Source: Eledone cirrhosa (lineage: Eukaryota). Taken from it: a stretch of 64,000 nucleotides of DNA. The stretch spans positions 369,272,001 through 369,336,000 of the forward strand of contig OZ024743.1 in the NCBI GenBank assembly GCA_964016885.1, written 5' to 3'. The notes beneath the pieces are model-generated. The model had not been told where the DNA came from and made no database searches. It saw only the letters and a program-made list of their open reading frames with translations. A program made the position numbers and the translations under genes. Shown here in pieces: positions 1 to 13,237 of this stretch (position 1 is the stretch's first letter; each line of letters starts with the position of its first letter).

Positions 1-187
1 AATAGTATTTTTTGGTCCAAGAAAATAGTATTTTTTGGTCCAAGAAAATAGTATTTTTTGGTCCAAGAAAATAGTATTTTTTGGTCCAAGAAAATAGTAT
101 TTTTTGGTCCAAGAAAATAGTATTTTTGGTTAAGGAAATAGTATTTTTGATCAAAGAAAATAGTATTTTTTGGTCCAAGAAAATAGT
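1..187. repeat. 23-bp tandem repeat (GAAAATAGTATTTTTTGGTCCAA)n, about 8 copies, truncated by window start
   Basis: Period of 23 read directly (unit restarts at 21, 44, 67...); last copies diverge. Confidence 0.95.
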
Positions 188-329
188 TTCAATAAAAAAG
201 CAGGATTTGTTTGCAGCTGTGACAGCATTGGGAGGAAATTGTGCTGGAGTTTTAGACTTATTTATTCTAGCATATCGTTTTGTGAAAATAATGAATGCTG
301 TCTAAACACAAATTCACAGATCTGAAGTT

Positions 330-752
330 TAACTCTTTTTAGTTCAAACCACCTGAAACTGCCCCTGGTTCTATTCCATCAAACTTTATTTTAATGTGTT
401 TACATTTATCTAAAAATTACTTCCACTATACTATTATGTAAGAACCTTTGTTAAGTTATGTTCCAAACACCACCTAAATAATATTATTTTCAAAATGATT
501 TGAAAATTATATGCATTTTTTTTTTATTAGAAATATGGTAACAAAAGTTTTAAAATGTTTATATTTATCTAAAAGTCTTCTGTTATTGTTTTATGTAAGA
601 ATGTTTTTTAAATTATGCTCCAAAACACCAACTTAATAATAAGAGTTAATTAATTATATTACTAATTCTTTCCAAATAGTTGATTATTTTCAAAATGATT
701 TGAAAATCACAGACATTGTCTTTCATTAGGAATATGGCAGCAAAAGGGCTAA
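330..752. mobile_element. Possible piggyBac-like MITE with an internal duplication
   Basis: Ends TTAACTCTTT...AAAGGGCTAA (TTAA-CCC/GGG-TTAA-like). The block tttatctaaaa...ttttcaaaatgatttgaaaat...aatatgg..caaaag occurs twice (about 400-548 and 560-750). Confidence 0.4.
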
Positions 753-1748
753 GAATTTTAATTTTCAAGCAACAAGTAGCAGTATACATTCCTGAAAAGT
801 AGTTTAATCTGTTACTGGCAAGAAGCTACAGGTTTATAGAGAGTAAATATCGTGTCATAATATTTATAATAAAAAAATTATATTTACCCCCCCCCCCCCC
901 CTCCACACACACCACCAAAAATAAAGGTAAAGGTGGAAAGAGAAATGAGAATTAAGCAATGAAAGAGAGAGGGAAGGGAAGGACAGATTCTACACCTTAG
1001 TCTGACAGAATTGCAAAAGCATTGTCACAGAAAATGGCCAGCAATATTTGTTGCAATGGGGCTCCTTCCTCAGGAGGCTGCTTTCTGATTTTCTGGCAAT
1101 TTTGATGTGTGTGTGTGTCTGTGTTATCTTTGTTGATAACACCCACACACATATATGCATATATATATATATATATATATACAAATATAAATTTAGCGAG
1201 AATCGCATTTCGGCGGGTAGAAATTGGCGAAACGCAACATCTGTATTGTGCAGACAAGCGCTCCATGGATATGAAGATACCAGAGCTATAAACATAAGTT
1301 AAAATGGTCATACAAACTGAGACAATGGTTAAGAAGCCATTAACCACCTTAGCCAAAAAAGCGAACAAGCTAAACGGGTCAAACAAAGTAACATATGATT
1401 GAAATAGTTACCCGGACCCTCGGGGAAGATGGAATACTCCGATATTTGGGTTTCTGCAACACCTAAATCAATAATACTGTCTGCTTATAAAAAATAAGCT
1501 TTTGGTATAATGATCAAACAAGGCATCGCTTTCTCAACAGGCATTTTGCTCTTCGTGCGCCAGAATCTCACAGGTTATGAAACCACTATTTTGGCCATTG
1601 AATTCAGCATGTGTAGCTATTGCAAAAATTTGCAAAAACAGCACAAAACGAATTTAGCTCTCGACCGAGTTGTTTTTAAAATAAACTTAAGCGATTAATC
1701 AGTCAATAGAGTTAACTAAAAAGCCAAAGAAAATTAACTGGTTAATAT

Positions 1749-2029
1749 ATATTGACGTACATTGGAGTAAAACCCACATCTTTGGTTATCCAGACCACAC
1801 TGCTACCATTACATCAACACATCACCCATCTCTTTCCATTCAAATTAGAAGTTATATTCATAGCAAGTATAATGACAAGCAAGTGAAGTGAAGTGAAGTT
1901 TGAAGTTTAGTAGAAATAGAAGCTTTCTCTGTATTTTTGACTAAAGGGATGGGTGATGTGTTGGTGTAATGGTAGCATAATGGCCTAGGTAACCAAAGAT
2001 GTTGGTTTGACTTCCATGTACGTCAATAT
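1749..2029. repeat. Inverted pair of degenerate tRNA-like sequences (about 87-bp arms, 107-bp spacer)
   Basis: 1749-1835 is the reverse complement of 1943-2029 (about 85% identical). The right arm has A-box TGGTGTAATGG, B-box-like GGTTTGACTTCC and acceptor-like GATGTGT/GTACGTC. Confidence 0.65.
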
Positions 2030-2139
2030 TCATCCTTTTCCATTTTTAGAGGGTTTTAAACCCCACTATCAGGCTAAAATTTCTTTAATAAAAAACAAAT
2101 TTGCGCTATTGGTGCGGTCAACTAAAGTTGAATATTGTA

Positions 2140-4716
2140 GCAGTCGTTCAGACTAGAGTGATGGGGTGGTGGGTTTGTGTGTACACATCAATACTATTAA
2201 GTCTTTGCATTCTGTCAGTGGTAGTTAGGTTGGTGGCAGACATGGTGGCATTAGTCTGTCCATTGTTGTCTGCCAGTTTCGGTCAGTGGGCGGTATATAC
2301 AATATACTCACAATAACCATCGCTCAACTGTCACTGTGTGTGTTGTTCTATTTATACCAGTCATCTCGTCTCACTTCTCTTGGATTGCTTATTGATTCGA
2401 GATGTTTTATCGAGAGTGCTTCCTTGATCCTTAAAGTTCCAACGTTGTGCTTCATTGCTAACACTGTGATAGTGTGCCTTCCATCTTTGTCTTCGCATTT
2501 GATGATATGTTTTTGGAAAGATGAGGCTCTAGTGTGAACACGTTCTTTGATCCAGACGTGTAGAGGTCAGATGGTGCTACCGATGTAGAATTCCTTTACA
2601 CCTGTCACATTCAATCTTATATACGACATAGGTGTGCAAGCCACAGTTTGTCTCGCGTATCGGACAGTTGTTGAGAGAACACGTTATCTGCGTTGTAAGG
2701 TTTCGTGGGAACTTAAGGAAACACTTATCTGGTTTCTCTGTCTCCTTTGTCTGGGGTTCCTTATTCCGTTTGTAAATGATGCTAGATATCCATTTGTTTC
2801 CAACACCCTGTGGAATTGCTTGGTGTGGGCAACACCACTCACGGGAGCACTGCATCTATCTCTTATCTGCGTAATCTAGTTTGTGATGTAACCTCTTTTG
2901 GCACTGTTAGGGAGGCCACCTTGTGGTAGAAGTCAGTGTTGACCTCTCTCTGTTGTGATGTTGAGTCAGAAATTGAGGAGGGCAAGGGACCTGTCGTCGC
3001 TGGGGTGCTCCATGCTGAAATCAATGTTCTCGTCTGTATTGTTGAATGTCTTGTAAATCCTGTTCGCCATCTCCCAGGAAGACGTGAGGATGAGGATGTT
3101 ATCCATGTATCTTGAGAAGGTGGCAGCATTGGGGTGGCGGTATCTTGCGTTCTAGTCTGTCCATATATGAGATCACCAGCACACCCGACAGGCTTGAACC
3201 CATGGGTAGTCCAGAGGTCTGTCGGTATGTTTGACTGAGAAAATTGATATAGGCGTTGTCAACGACAGCGGATAAGATGGTGGATGTCGGTGGAGGTGAG
3301 CTTGAAGCAGTGTAGGTGGGTAGCTTGGACACGTTCTGTCAGTATGTTGATGGACGGGAGTGCCGGGACCCAGGTGTACAGAGTGACCACATCAAGGCTG
3401 AAGGCATATCTGTTATCCCTTCAGGCGTCAAGTTCCATTTGGTGTAGACGCTCTATAACCTCCTTCGAACTGTTGACGTGTCCTGGCAGGGTGGTCAGTA
3501 AAGGTTTTAAGATTTTGGATAGGAACCATGAAATTTTGTAAAGTGGTCCTTCTATGATGGATAGAATGCTCCTGATTTTCAGGTCAAGTCCTTGCTTTTA
3601 GGTTTTCACGAAGTGATAGAAGGTGGATAGTCTACTGTTCCTCATAAGGAGGTAGCTTCTAAGCCTCTTTGGGAGTTTCTGCCAGTCGCAGATGTTGATC
3701 CAAATGGTGTTGATATGTTCCTCGATTCGCGCGGGGGTGATCCTGTGACCTTGGAGTAGAGGCTGTTGTTGTCAAGGTGTTGGAGAACTAGGGTGTTGTA
3801 GGCCTCTCTGGTGATGATGCAGAATTCTTTTCCTTTGTCGGATGGGAGGTAAACAAGGTTCCTCGATTTCAGGTTTATGAGAGTGGTGAGTTGGGAATTA
3901 ATGAGGTTGCATGTTGTGTGTGTTTATGTAAGATATCAGAGATAGTGTTTCAACCTGATGAGTTTCTTGTCGAGTTTGTGGTTGATGGGTGGGGCTGGAA
4001 TGAGTTGTCAAGGTAGTTTGTGGGAAATTTGGAGCAAGTTGTGTAGGTGCTGTCATTTTTAGTGGTATTGTTGATGGCGGTTACCCATTTGAGCTGGTAA
4101 GTGGCTCGGCAGAAGTTGGCTTCTAAGTCTGTCGTCAAGCTGCTGTGAGATGATGAACTTGGGTCCGAGGTGTAGGAGGTCCAGCTGGTCGTTTGTGAGG
4201 GTACTGGTTAGGTTGGTGACCAGGTGCGTCATGTTGTTGATAGGTGGATCGGTGTTGGCGGATGTAGCGTTGGCGGTTGTTATAATGTTGTCCATGATGT
4301 GGCTCTGGTCTGTCTGTCTGTTAGCGTTGTTATTTCCGTTAAGTTTGTTCAGGGTCCATTCAAATTTCCACTTGAGTCGTTTCTTTTCATGTTGGACTCG
4401 TGAGTGGTAACACTGGTTGATTGCTTTTGTGGTTTTATGGAGCAGGTCGTCGGGTGCCAGTGTTAACCATTGTATCCGCTTGGAGAGGGTAGATGTGTGA
4501 AAGTGCAGCTGACGGTGATGATATCGCAGAATCTTCTTGATACATGTGTGGTGTATGTGGTTGGCAGTGTTTTCAAAGGTTGGTGAACGTAGGCATCCTG
4601 GTAGATAGATATTCTTGATGGTGGTGGGGATTACATGCTTTTTTAGGCAGCCTTTTAGGAAATTAATTTGCTAGCCAACTTTGGACCATTTCCCCGACAG
4701 TCTGAAAAGTTTACAT
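2140..4716 (-). mobile_element. Near full-length degenerate Penelope-like retroelement (N-terminal region, DKG motif, RT, GIY-YIG endonuclease); Nematis-like Cys linker
   Basis: Minus-strand peptides across frameshifts and stops: [100 protein letters not shown]. Confidence 0.92.
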
Positions 4717-4758
4717 ACATATATACATATATGTATATACATACATACATATATATAC

Positions 4759-4792
<34 letters not shown>

Positions 4793-4850
4793 ACATACAT
4801 ATATATATATATACATACATATATATATATACATACATATATATATATAC

Positions 4851-4884
<34 letters not shown>

Positions 4885-4894
4885 ACATATATAT
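4715..4894. repeat. (TA/CATA)n microsatellite
   Basis: Read directly. Confidence 0.95.
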
Positions 4895-5573
4895 ATGATG
4901 GCTGCCCCCTCGTTATCGAGTATGGCAATTGCATGATATACCATTATTAATAATTATAAAGTACCAGTAATGTACTGGGTAATTGCTGGCCTTGTGCCAA
5001 AAGTAGAAACAATTAATTATTAATTAATTTTATCGTGCAATGCTTGTGCGTGAAGATATTTTTTTTTAAAGTGAGGAAAGACTGTGCATTGAGCCAATCC
5101 CACACTCTGAGCGACAGTAACTATAACCCGAAAAGAAGAAAAGATCTACATCATCGGTAACTACTGAGCCACAGGTTTTATGTTGGAGTTATCCCAGTTT
5201 CCTGAGTTGCCATCTCCTTGAAGAATGCCCTGACAAAGGCTAGGGGTCCTTCACTCCCAGTGGTTTAACAGCGCGATCGAATTTCCAGCCCGACTATTTC
5301 TATGTCCCTGTGCATATACATACACATGCACATGCATATACCTATACATATGTACATGTGCATATAAATATTTACACATTTTTGGATGGCCGTTGACTCT
5401 TATGAGTTCTTCTGCCCTTTGTCAGGTTTTGTTTTTTGTCCTGCAGAGTGTCCAAAATCACTCTCCTCACCAAGTAAACTTGGTGGAGTTACCAGTTAAG
5501 TCGCTGACGACCCGACCATGCGATAGGTTGTACTTGGTTACATAATACCAGTAGCACTTGAGAGTGACCCGAC
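4895..5573 (-). mobile_element. Non-autonomous RTE-derived short retroposon (structured 5' part plus the 3' end of the RTE-ZF LINE), with a SINE tail nested at about 4957-5015
   Basis: 3' end (rc of ATGATGGCTGCCCCCTCGTTATCGAGTATGG) matches the LINE 3' terminus at 15359-15392. Homologous to 12586-13195 (+) and 44691-45113 (-). Flanked by TA repeats. Confidence 0.8.
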
Positions 5574-5597
5574 ATATATATATATATACATATATGT

Positions 5598-5747
<150 letters not shown>

Positions 5748-6271
5748 ACAGACAGACAGACAGACAGACACATATATATATGTATATATATATATATGTA
5801 TATGTGTGTGTAAGCATAATGTTGGGTAGTCTAATGCTAAATAGGCATCTCTTACCTGTTGCTATCTGACTCAGCATCAATACATAGTTAAGTATGGTGA
5901 ATCATCAGGTTCCAAAAACTATTCATAAAGCAAGCTGTACAAGTTTTAAAATGCAAATATATAAACAGCCAGACATGCACACACAAATATCCACATACAC
6001 ATATGCATGCACTAGCACATACAGAAGCACACACACACACACACATTTACGCTATGTTTTGCTTTGATGTATTTGCTAAACAAATGAAAATTCTGTCAAA
6101 TGGAAAAAATTAAGTAAGTCTTAGTTTATATTTTATTTTTCTGATATTTATGCAACAGTAAAGAAACAGTTCTACTTCACAGTATTTTAGTTAGAATAAG
6201 AAATGTAACCATCCTTTATATATCTGCTTTAAAGATGACTATATATATATATATATATATATGTGTTGTGA

Positions 6272-6545
6272 TGGGTGATGTGTTGTTTCCTTGAGCAAGA
6301 CACTTTATTTCACATTGCTCCAGTTTACTCAGCTGTAGAAATGAGATGATAGGACTGAGGTCCCTATCATACCACTGTAAAGTGGTCGTGGAGGTGCCAC
6401 GGCAAAAAAAAACACCCAGCACTCACTGTAAATGAGGTTGGTGTTAGGAAGGGCATCCAGCTGTAGAAATCAAGCCAGAATCAGTTCCCGTCCCACCCTT
6501 GCAAGCAGGGAAAAGTGGATGTAAAATGAAATGAATGAATGAAAT
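6272..6545 (+). mobile_element. SINE fragment: V/Ceph-type core (TTCCTTGAGCAAGACACTTTA) joined to an RTE-type 3' tail
   Basis: Core motif recurs at about 42070 and 57705. Tail GGTTGGTGTTAGGAAGGGCATCCAGCTGTAG...GGATGTAAAATGA is shared with the RTE-PHD 3' UTR. Confidence 0.65.
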
Positions 6546-6567
6546 GAATGAATATATATATATATAT

Positions 6568-6792
6568 ATCATCATCATCATCATCATCATCGTTTAACGT
6601 CCATGTTCCACACTTGCATGGGTTTGGACGGGAGTTTTCCCACTTGAGGCAAGAGTGGTTGTCTTGCTCGCATAGGACTGTCTTGCGGGTTTTCTACAGC
6701 TGGATGCCCTTCCTAACACCAACCACATTTACAGTGTGGGGCTGGGAGGTTTTTACCGTGTTGCCTACACGGCCACATTACAGCATGGACTG
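6568..6792 (-). mobile_element. 3' UTR fragment of the RTE-PHD LINE family with (GAT)n tail
   Basis: Near-identical to 16776-16995 and 21528-21750. Confidence 0.85.
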
Positions 6793-6959
6793 TATATATA
6801 TATATACGCCTTTACTCTTTTACCTGTTCCAACCATCCGGTTCAGGCCATGCTGGGGCACAGGCTTTGTTGCTACACATTTGCTCTGGTACAGACTCACA
6901 GCATATGGTTTGTATTGTTGTCATGAAATGTTGAAATGCACTTTGGTGTCTTGCGTGGA

Positions 6960-7790
6960 GATGTCGCTCTAGTAATGCTTCAGGATCTTTTATTGAATCC
7001 TTTCCCAGTTAGCTTTGTGAAAGTTTAGGTTGGATATATTCCCGGGGCTTCTTAATGGTTGTGTCCCTACTGACTCCCTTGGACCATATATCGTTAATTC
7101 TACTAAGTTAGGATCCAAGAAAATCGTTGGTGTCACCTTTACATTGTGGATGAGCACTGTGTTAATTGTAAAGCAGAGATCCAGGACTTTCTTGCCTCTT
7201 GTTGGGGGGAGTACTTCTTGTTTCATGAACAGCCTGTGTGTGAGGGCCAGCAGAGAGTCTGTCTGTCTTTGTTCGGGTGATGTCATTCTTGGGAGGAGGT
7301 GGCCTTCAGGCTATTTGACCTTGGAAAGGTTAAAGTCTCCCAGCAGCAGTTTGTTGAGACTGATCGAGTTTGCCAAGGACTTCCTTCCATCTTTCTGAGG
7401 CTATCTTCGAACTTACTTTCATGACTAGGGGTGTCTGGTGGCCAATATGTTACACCTATTACCATTTTCAGTTGCTTCACATGTACTATCAGTGTGTCAC
7501 AGACTTAGTTGGAATGTGTCAACAGTACAATGGGTGTGACATCTTCACGGATGTACAAAGCAACTCCACCATGAGTTCTGCCCTCTTGTCCATACGAAAT
7601 ACAGTATACTTTGGTATGTGTATTTCCACATCTGCTACACTAGTTGTCAGGTGTGTTTCTGTTAGTGCCATGCATATTGCTTGATTGCTTGTAGCTAGGT
7701 CTCTCAGGTAGGGAATTTTACTCATGTTGATATGTTCCCCCAAGCCTCTGACATTCAACAGCAGACTTGATATAATTTTAGACACACATA
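6960..7790 (-). pseudogene. APE endonuclease region of a CR1/L2-group LINE, frameshifted
   Basis: LLLNVRGL, MALTETHL, IPKYTVFRMD, GVTYWPP, LLGDFN, PTRGKKVLDLCFT, LNFHKANWERI. Confidence 0.85.
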
Positions 7791-8329
7791 CACATTACAC
7801 AATAACATATACATAGATTGTCATACTTTCATACACATAAATACATATATATATATATTGTTATATTTTGGGAGGTTCATGCTGAAGGATTGTTTAGTTG
7901 ATTAAAAGCTCTTTTGTCACACATATTGTGATCTCAATGACTACTTTGTTATTTGGTGTCTCTCCTTTGTCCTGTCCAACACCATTATGTTTTTGTGAGC
8001 TGTGAACTTGGGCTGTGCATGCGCTATATCTGGGTTTCTGTGTGTTTTTATTTATTTATCTTTTTAAAAAAAATCTATTTATTTGTTTATTTATTTATAT
8101 GTTTATTTGTCACTTGTCACTAGTTGGTTACTTGTTCTATCTGTGTGTGTCCTGTTTGTTTTATTAATTTAGTTCTTGTGTGTCTCTGTATGTCTTTATC
8201 TTGTCCTTAGTTACTATGTTGATAGGTTGTTCCTATTCCACTCTGTTTTCTGTTTAGTTTTGGTTGGAGTTATTTTGTGTTTGTCGCTTCTGTAATCTGT
8301 GAGAGAATTCTTTTGATTCTGTGTGTGGA

Positions 8330-8700
8330 TATGATTTTTATCTTAATGTCCTCTAATGTGCCCCCATGTTCCATTCTGACATGTTGGAGTACTGATGAGT
8401 TTTTCCCATCTTGGAGTTCTCACCAGTGTTCTTTTATCCTTTCTACTATGCTATACATAGGGCAAGTCCCATTCGCATCATTTTCTATAATATTCATCCA
8501 TTTGGCCTTGGCTTCTTTATACACCCAGATCTTGTCTCTCTCTGAGTGTAACCAGAGAACTGCATGCAGTGGATGAAGTGTTGTATTTATCTCTCTAATT
8601 CTTTAGGATTGCACATGCGGGGACACTTTCTCCATCACTCTTACTAAGTCCACAATTTTATGTTGATTTTCACTTTATCTGAAATGGCTGAGTTTCAGTT
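8330..8700 (-). mobile_element. Internally deleted relic of a third PLE lineage (RT thumb joined to part of GIY-YIG)
   Basis: SAISDKVKINI...IQHFIHCMQFSGYTQ...VYKEAKAKWMNIIENDANGTCPMY followed directly by ERIKEHW*ELQDGKNSSVLQHVRMEHGG. Confidence 0.6.
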
Positions 8701-9009
8701 TACTTGAAGGTCTTTCTAACCAGAGTTCTGTGTTTAGTTGGGTAGCCTATGGTTGGAGTGTTTAGTTGGGTAGCCTACAGTAATTTTAATACTTTGGTGG
8801 ATGGAGTTAGCTAATTGTTGGATGCTTTCCATGGTGTTCCTTTCTAATTCCTAACTGTACTCCTGTGGGGGTGTTTTTAACTACGATATTGATGTCATTT
8901 ATATATGTGTGCATATGTATATTTATCTGTTATGGGTTAGGTGAGTTATTCCGTGTCTTGTTCATACAGAACTGTTTCTCATTTGGTTTCTACACCAATC
9001 TCATTAACA

Positions 9010-9236
9010 GTGTGAACTGGGTGCTTTTATCATAGTGGTCATGTAGGTGTCACAACAAAAAAGCACCCAGTACTTACTGTAAATGAAGTTAGTGTTAGGA
9101 AGGGCATCCAGCTGTAGAAATCGAGCCCAAATCAGTTCTGTATAAGCAAGACATGTCATCTGCCCACAACAGGACAACCCGTCTAACCCATGCTAGCGTG
9201 GAAGAATGGACGTAAAATGGGGATGATGATGATGAT
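9010..9236 (+). mobile_element. RTE-related SINE or 3' UTR fragment with (GAT)n tail
   Basis: GTTAGGAAGGGCATCCAGCTGTAGAAA...CCCATGCTAGCGTGGAAGAATGGACGTAAAA(GAT)n. Confidence 0.8.
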
Positions 9237-11571
9237 CTACACAGCCACTTTAGAGTGTGGATTGGGCGCTTTTTGTCTTGGCACCAAAACGACCATGTTA
9301 CAGTGTTGACTGGGGGCTGGGGTGGGTGAGGTACGTAGGGATTGGAGAGATAGATCTAGATTGGGGCACCTATCTGATGAAGATTGGTATGCTTCAACCT
9401 CTTTCGACTGTATCTCTGCTGCTGTTTGTATGTCCATCACATCACTCCTTGTCTGCCTATTACATCAGTGTGTTTTCCTCTATCACTCTTTGTAACTGTC
9501 TCTCTAAGCTCTCTAACAATATCAGTTTCTGATTCTCTGCCTGCCATTGCTTCCAGTAGATAAAAGTATGCAATGTAATGTTAAACTCCTGGCTAGCCAA
9601 ATCTATAATGTATGTTATATCACTGATTGAAACAATACACTCCAGTTGCTATCACATCATACCATCTTAAAATTTGAAAATCACATTGGATAATGTAGTA
9701 CATTGCCAGGAGAAAAGGTCTGCTTAGTCAGAGCTAAGTTGAAACTAAAATAACTTGGACACCAATGGCTTTTGCGGTGGTCAAGGTGGAAAGGGTCAAC
9801 ATTCTCTTAAATCCTTAAAAAGGGTTTCATAAAGCCAGCACCAATATGTATTGAATTTTGCTGACATCAGTTATACATACTCCTTGCCAAAAATATGTGG
9901 ACTTGTACAAGCTTTATGAATGAGCTGAGTCAAAGAGCCACTAAGATCATCATTCATCATAATTTTCCCATGCTGGCATTTTTGATTGAGACAATTTTTC
10001 TATGGCTAGATTTCCTTCCTGATGCCCACCTCTACTTTATTATTTTTAACTGTGGCATATATATTGCAGCCATTCATCAAACTGCTAAGTTACTGGATAT
10101 ATTGCTTATACACACATGACAGGCTTGTTTATAGTTTCTGTTGACCAAATTCATTCACAAGGCATTGGCAGACTTAGAGCTATTGCCGAAGGCTATTGTC
10201 AAAGGCTCAGTAGAAGGTTGTTGTAGAAGGCTCAATAGAAGGCTATTTTAGAAGGCTCACTGCCACACACTAATATTGAATCTAGATTTACGTAGACTTG
10301 CCTGATTAAGAAGATAATGAATACTATAATTTCCATAACTTCTCTTTCCTTCTATTCTATATAATCTCAATCATCTTCATGCTTATGTAAGAAACCAAGA
10401 AACAGTTATTCATTGTAAGCATTGTGCTAAACATTTGGTGAATTAGTTTAACTACTGGCCATTCTTCACAGCAATGCTTTCACTATTTTGTTTGTGGAGT
10501 GCAGCTGCTTATACCACTCAGCCAGGAGTATACAGTCTGTCAATCCATCTCCATTTCCTTTCTCTTTCATTGTTTTAATAATTGAACTGTCCTATGTCCC
10601 TTTGATATGACAAAGTCTAACCAAATTAAAGTACTAATATGGCATGTGTTATGAATTCCCAATTAGAAAGCTACTTCCCTTTTCTCTCACTATGTGTAAC
10701 AACATGAATGTAATGACTTCTCATGAATTGGAGATATTCAAGCTTATTTAATGGTTGCTGTGAGATTAAGTTACTGGACACCAGATCATTAAAAGGGCTC
10801 TAAATTCATATTTCACAACAGCCATTGTGATATACTCCTGAGCAAAGTATTGAATTCTCTTAGCTTCAACTTGTCTGTTTAAACAAAAAGAAGCTAAAAA
10901 AACAACAAAAAAACTCCATCCATTCCTATTGTATGGTTCAATGGTTAGTAATAAGAAAAACTTCTTTCTATAAAAGCAATTGTTGCTGCTGGAACAAGTA
11001 AACAATCCTTTCATGTTGAGTCATAATTCAGATCTGGGCAAGCAAGCCTATGTTAGCCATGTCTACTCCAGACTATTTACAAGTTAGATCTGAGTAAACA
11101 AACCCATTTTAGCCATGTCTACTCCAGACTAACCCCACATTAACTCTTGTCAAGTAAAGTTCTGTTCACAGAAATATTCTAGCCAAGTCTACTCCAGACT
11201 TGTCTTCCTTTTGCTAAAGATGATGGTGCAACTTGAGGGGGATTTGACAGCTATTTCTAGCACACATGTTGAGTGACTGTTTAGAAACTTCCACATTCTC
11301 TTTTATAAAAACAATGTTAATGCTATATATGTGAACAATTTCTGTGACAAAAAAACAAAGGCTGGTTTGCTGGGGAAATTAACAGATGCTTTTTAGTTTC
11401 AAATCCTGCTGAAACAGGCTTTGTTTTTCCGGCAATTGAGATCAATAAGTACCAGTAATGTTAAGCTATAAAGTTGATTAATATATAGGTAGATATTTTA
11501 TAGAAAGTGACCTTAAGCAAAAGATAAATGTTATGACTATCAATTGAACATTTTCTAAGAGGTAAAGAGTA

Positions 11572-11610
<39 letters not shown>

Positions 11611-11839
11611 AAGAAAGAGAGAGATTGTGTGTGTGTGTATAAATGGCAATTTGTATATACATATATGTATGTTTATATATTATACACACGAATACTCATA
11701 AACACACACCCACATATGTATATAATGTAAATGCCCAGTGAGCATAAAAGGAGGTCAAAAATGAATAAAGTGGAAATGAAATACCTATCTATCATGCATG
11801 AATGATTTTGCATATATATATACCTGTGTATTGATATGT

Positions 11840-11932
11840 GTAATGATATATATATATATATATATATATACCTGCGTGGGAGTATATATGTGATATATAT
11901 ATATATATGTGAATATAAGTGTGTGTATATTG

Positions 11933-11977
<45 letters not shown>

Positions 11978-12326
11978 ATGTATATATATGTATATATATA
12001 TATGTATATATATGTGTGTATGTATATATGTGTGTATGTATATATATGTGTGTATGTATATATATGTGTGTATGTATATATATGTGTGTATGTATATATG
12101 TGTGTATGTATATATATGTGTATGTATATATATGTGTATGTATATGTGTGTGTATGTATATGTGTGTGTATGTATATATGTATATGTATGTATATATGTA
12201 TATGTATGTATATAAGTATGTATATATATATATGTATGTATATATATATGTATGTATATATATATGTATGTATATATATATGTATGTATATATATATGTA
12301 TGTATATATATATGTATATATATATG

Positions 12327-12366
<40 letters not shown>

Positions 12367-12585
12367 TGTATGTATATATGTATGTATATATATATGTATG
12401 TATATATATATGTATATATATATATGTATATATGTATATATGTATGTATATATGTATATATGTATGTATATATGTATATATGTATGTATATATGTATGTA
12501 TGTATATATGTATGTATATATGTATGTATGTATGTGTATGTATGTATGTATATATATATGTATGTGTATGTATGTGTATGTGTAT
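11840..12585. repeat. (TA/TG/TATG)n compound microsatellite
   Basis: Read directly; source of spurious YICV ORFs. Confidence 0.97.
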
Positions 12586-13195
12586 GTCAGGTCACCAGTG
12601 GTGCTACTGGTAACATGTATCCCAGTACAACCTGTCTCATGGTCGGGTCATTGGCGACTAAACTGGCAACCCCACCAAGGTTTCTTGGTGAGGAGGGTGA
12701 CTTTGGACATCCTGCAGGACTAAAAACAAAACCTGTCAAAGGGCAAAGGAGCTCTTAAGAGTCAATGGCCATCCAAAATCACCGGCAGAGATGACCCCCT
12801 TAGCCTTTGTCAAGGCAGAATTCTAGGAGAAGGAAAACTCTGATATAACACCTGCAACCCTAATGGTATCCAATGATGTTGACTTGTTCTTCTTTTTGGT
12901 AAATATCATCTTGGTTAAGAGAGTGGGACTGGTTTTGTGCAGTGCCTTTGCTCACTATAAAAGCTTCACGGCACAGGCATTGCTTTATATCTGGAGATCT
13001 CTCTGCACTTGTCTTCATATGGTACCATGGGCCCAGCACTATGTGTCAATAATTGTCACAAGTGTAGTGTTTGTACCAGAGTTTTCAAGTCGCTGGCTGG
13101 ACTAAAAAGTCACACTTGTTTAGCGCATCAGTAGGGGTTCTCCTACATGGATATAAAGTAGTGGCCGTACTCGAAAACGAGTTGGCAGCCACCAT
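12586..13195 (+). mobile_element. Non-autonomous RTE-derived short retroposon (diverged relative of 4895-5573)
   Basis: Shares 5' block GTGCTACTGG...CATGGTCGGGTC...CCACCAAG..CTTGGTGAGGAG...GGCCATCCAAAA and 3' GGCCGTACTCGAAAACGAG..GGCAGCCA; in TA/TG repeat. Confidence 0.75.
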
Positions 13196-13237
13196 ATGTA
13201 TGTATATATATGTATGTATATGTATGTATATATATAT

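Noticed and set aside
1954-2026. Functional tRNA gene
   Set aside because: Anticodon and T stems are broken and the two copies disagree at the anticodon; kept only as tRNA-like.
2270-2335. Hammerhead in the 3' pLTR of the first PLE (minus strand, TTGAGCGA..GACCGAAAC)
   Set aside because: CUGA box disrupted and no convincing stem I or III; at most a decayed relic.
11030-11200. Three AGCCAtGTCTACTCCAGACT repeats with apparent spacers
   Set aside because: The intervening sequences are themselves homologous (degenerate 56-bp tandem); not CRISPR.
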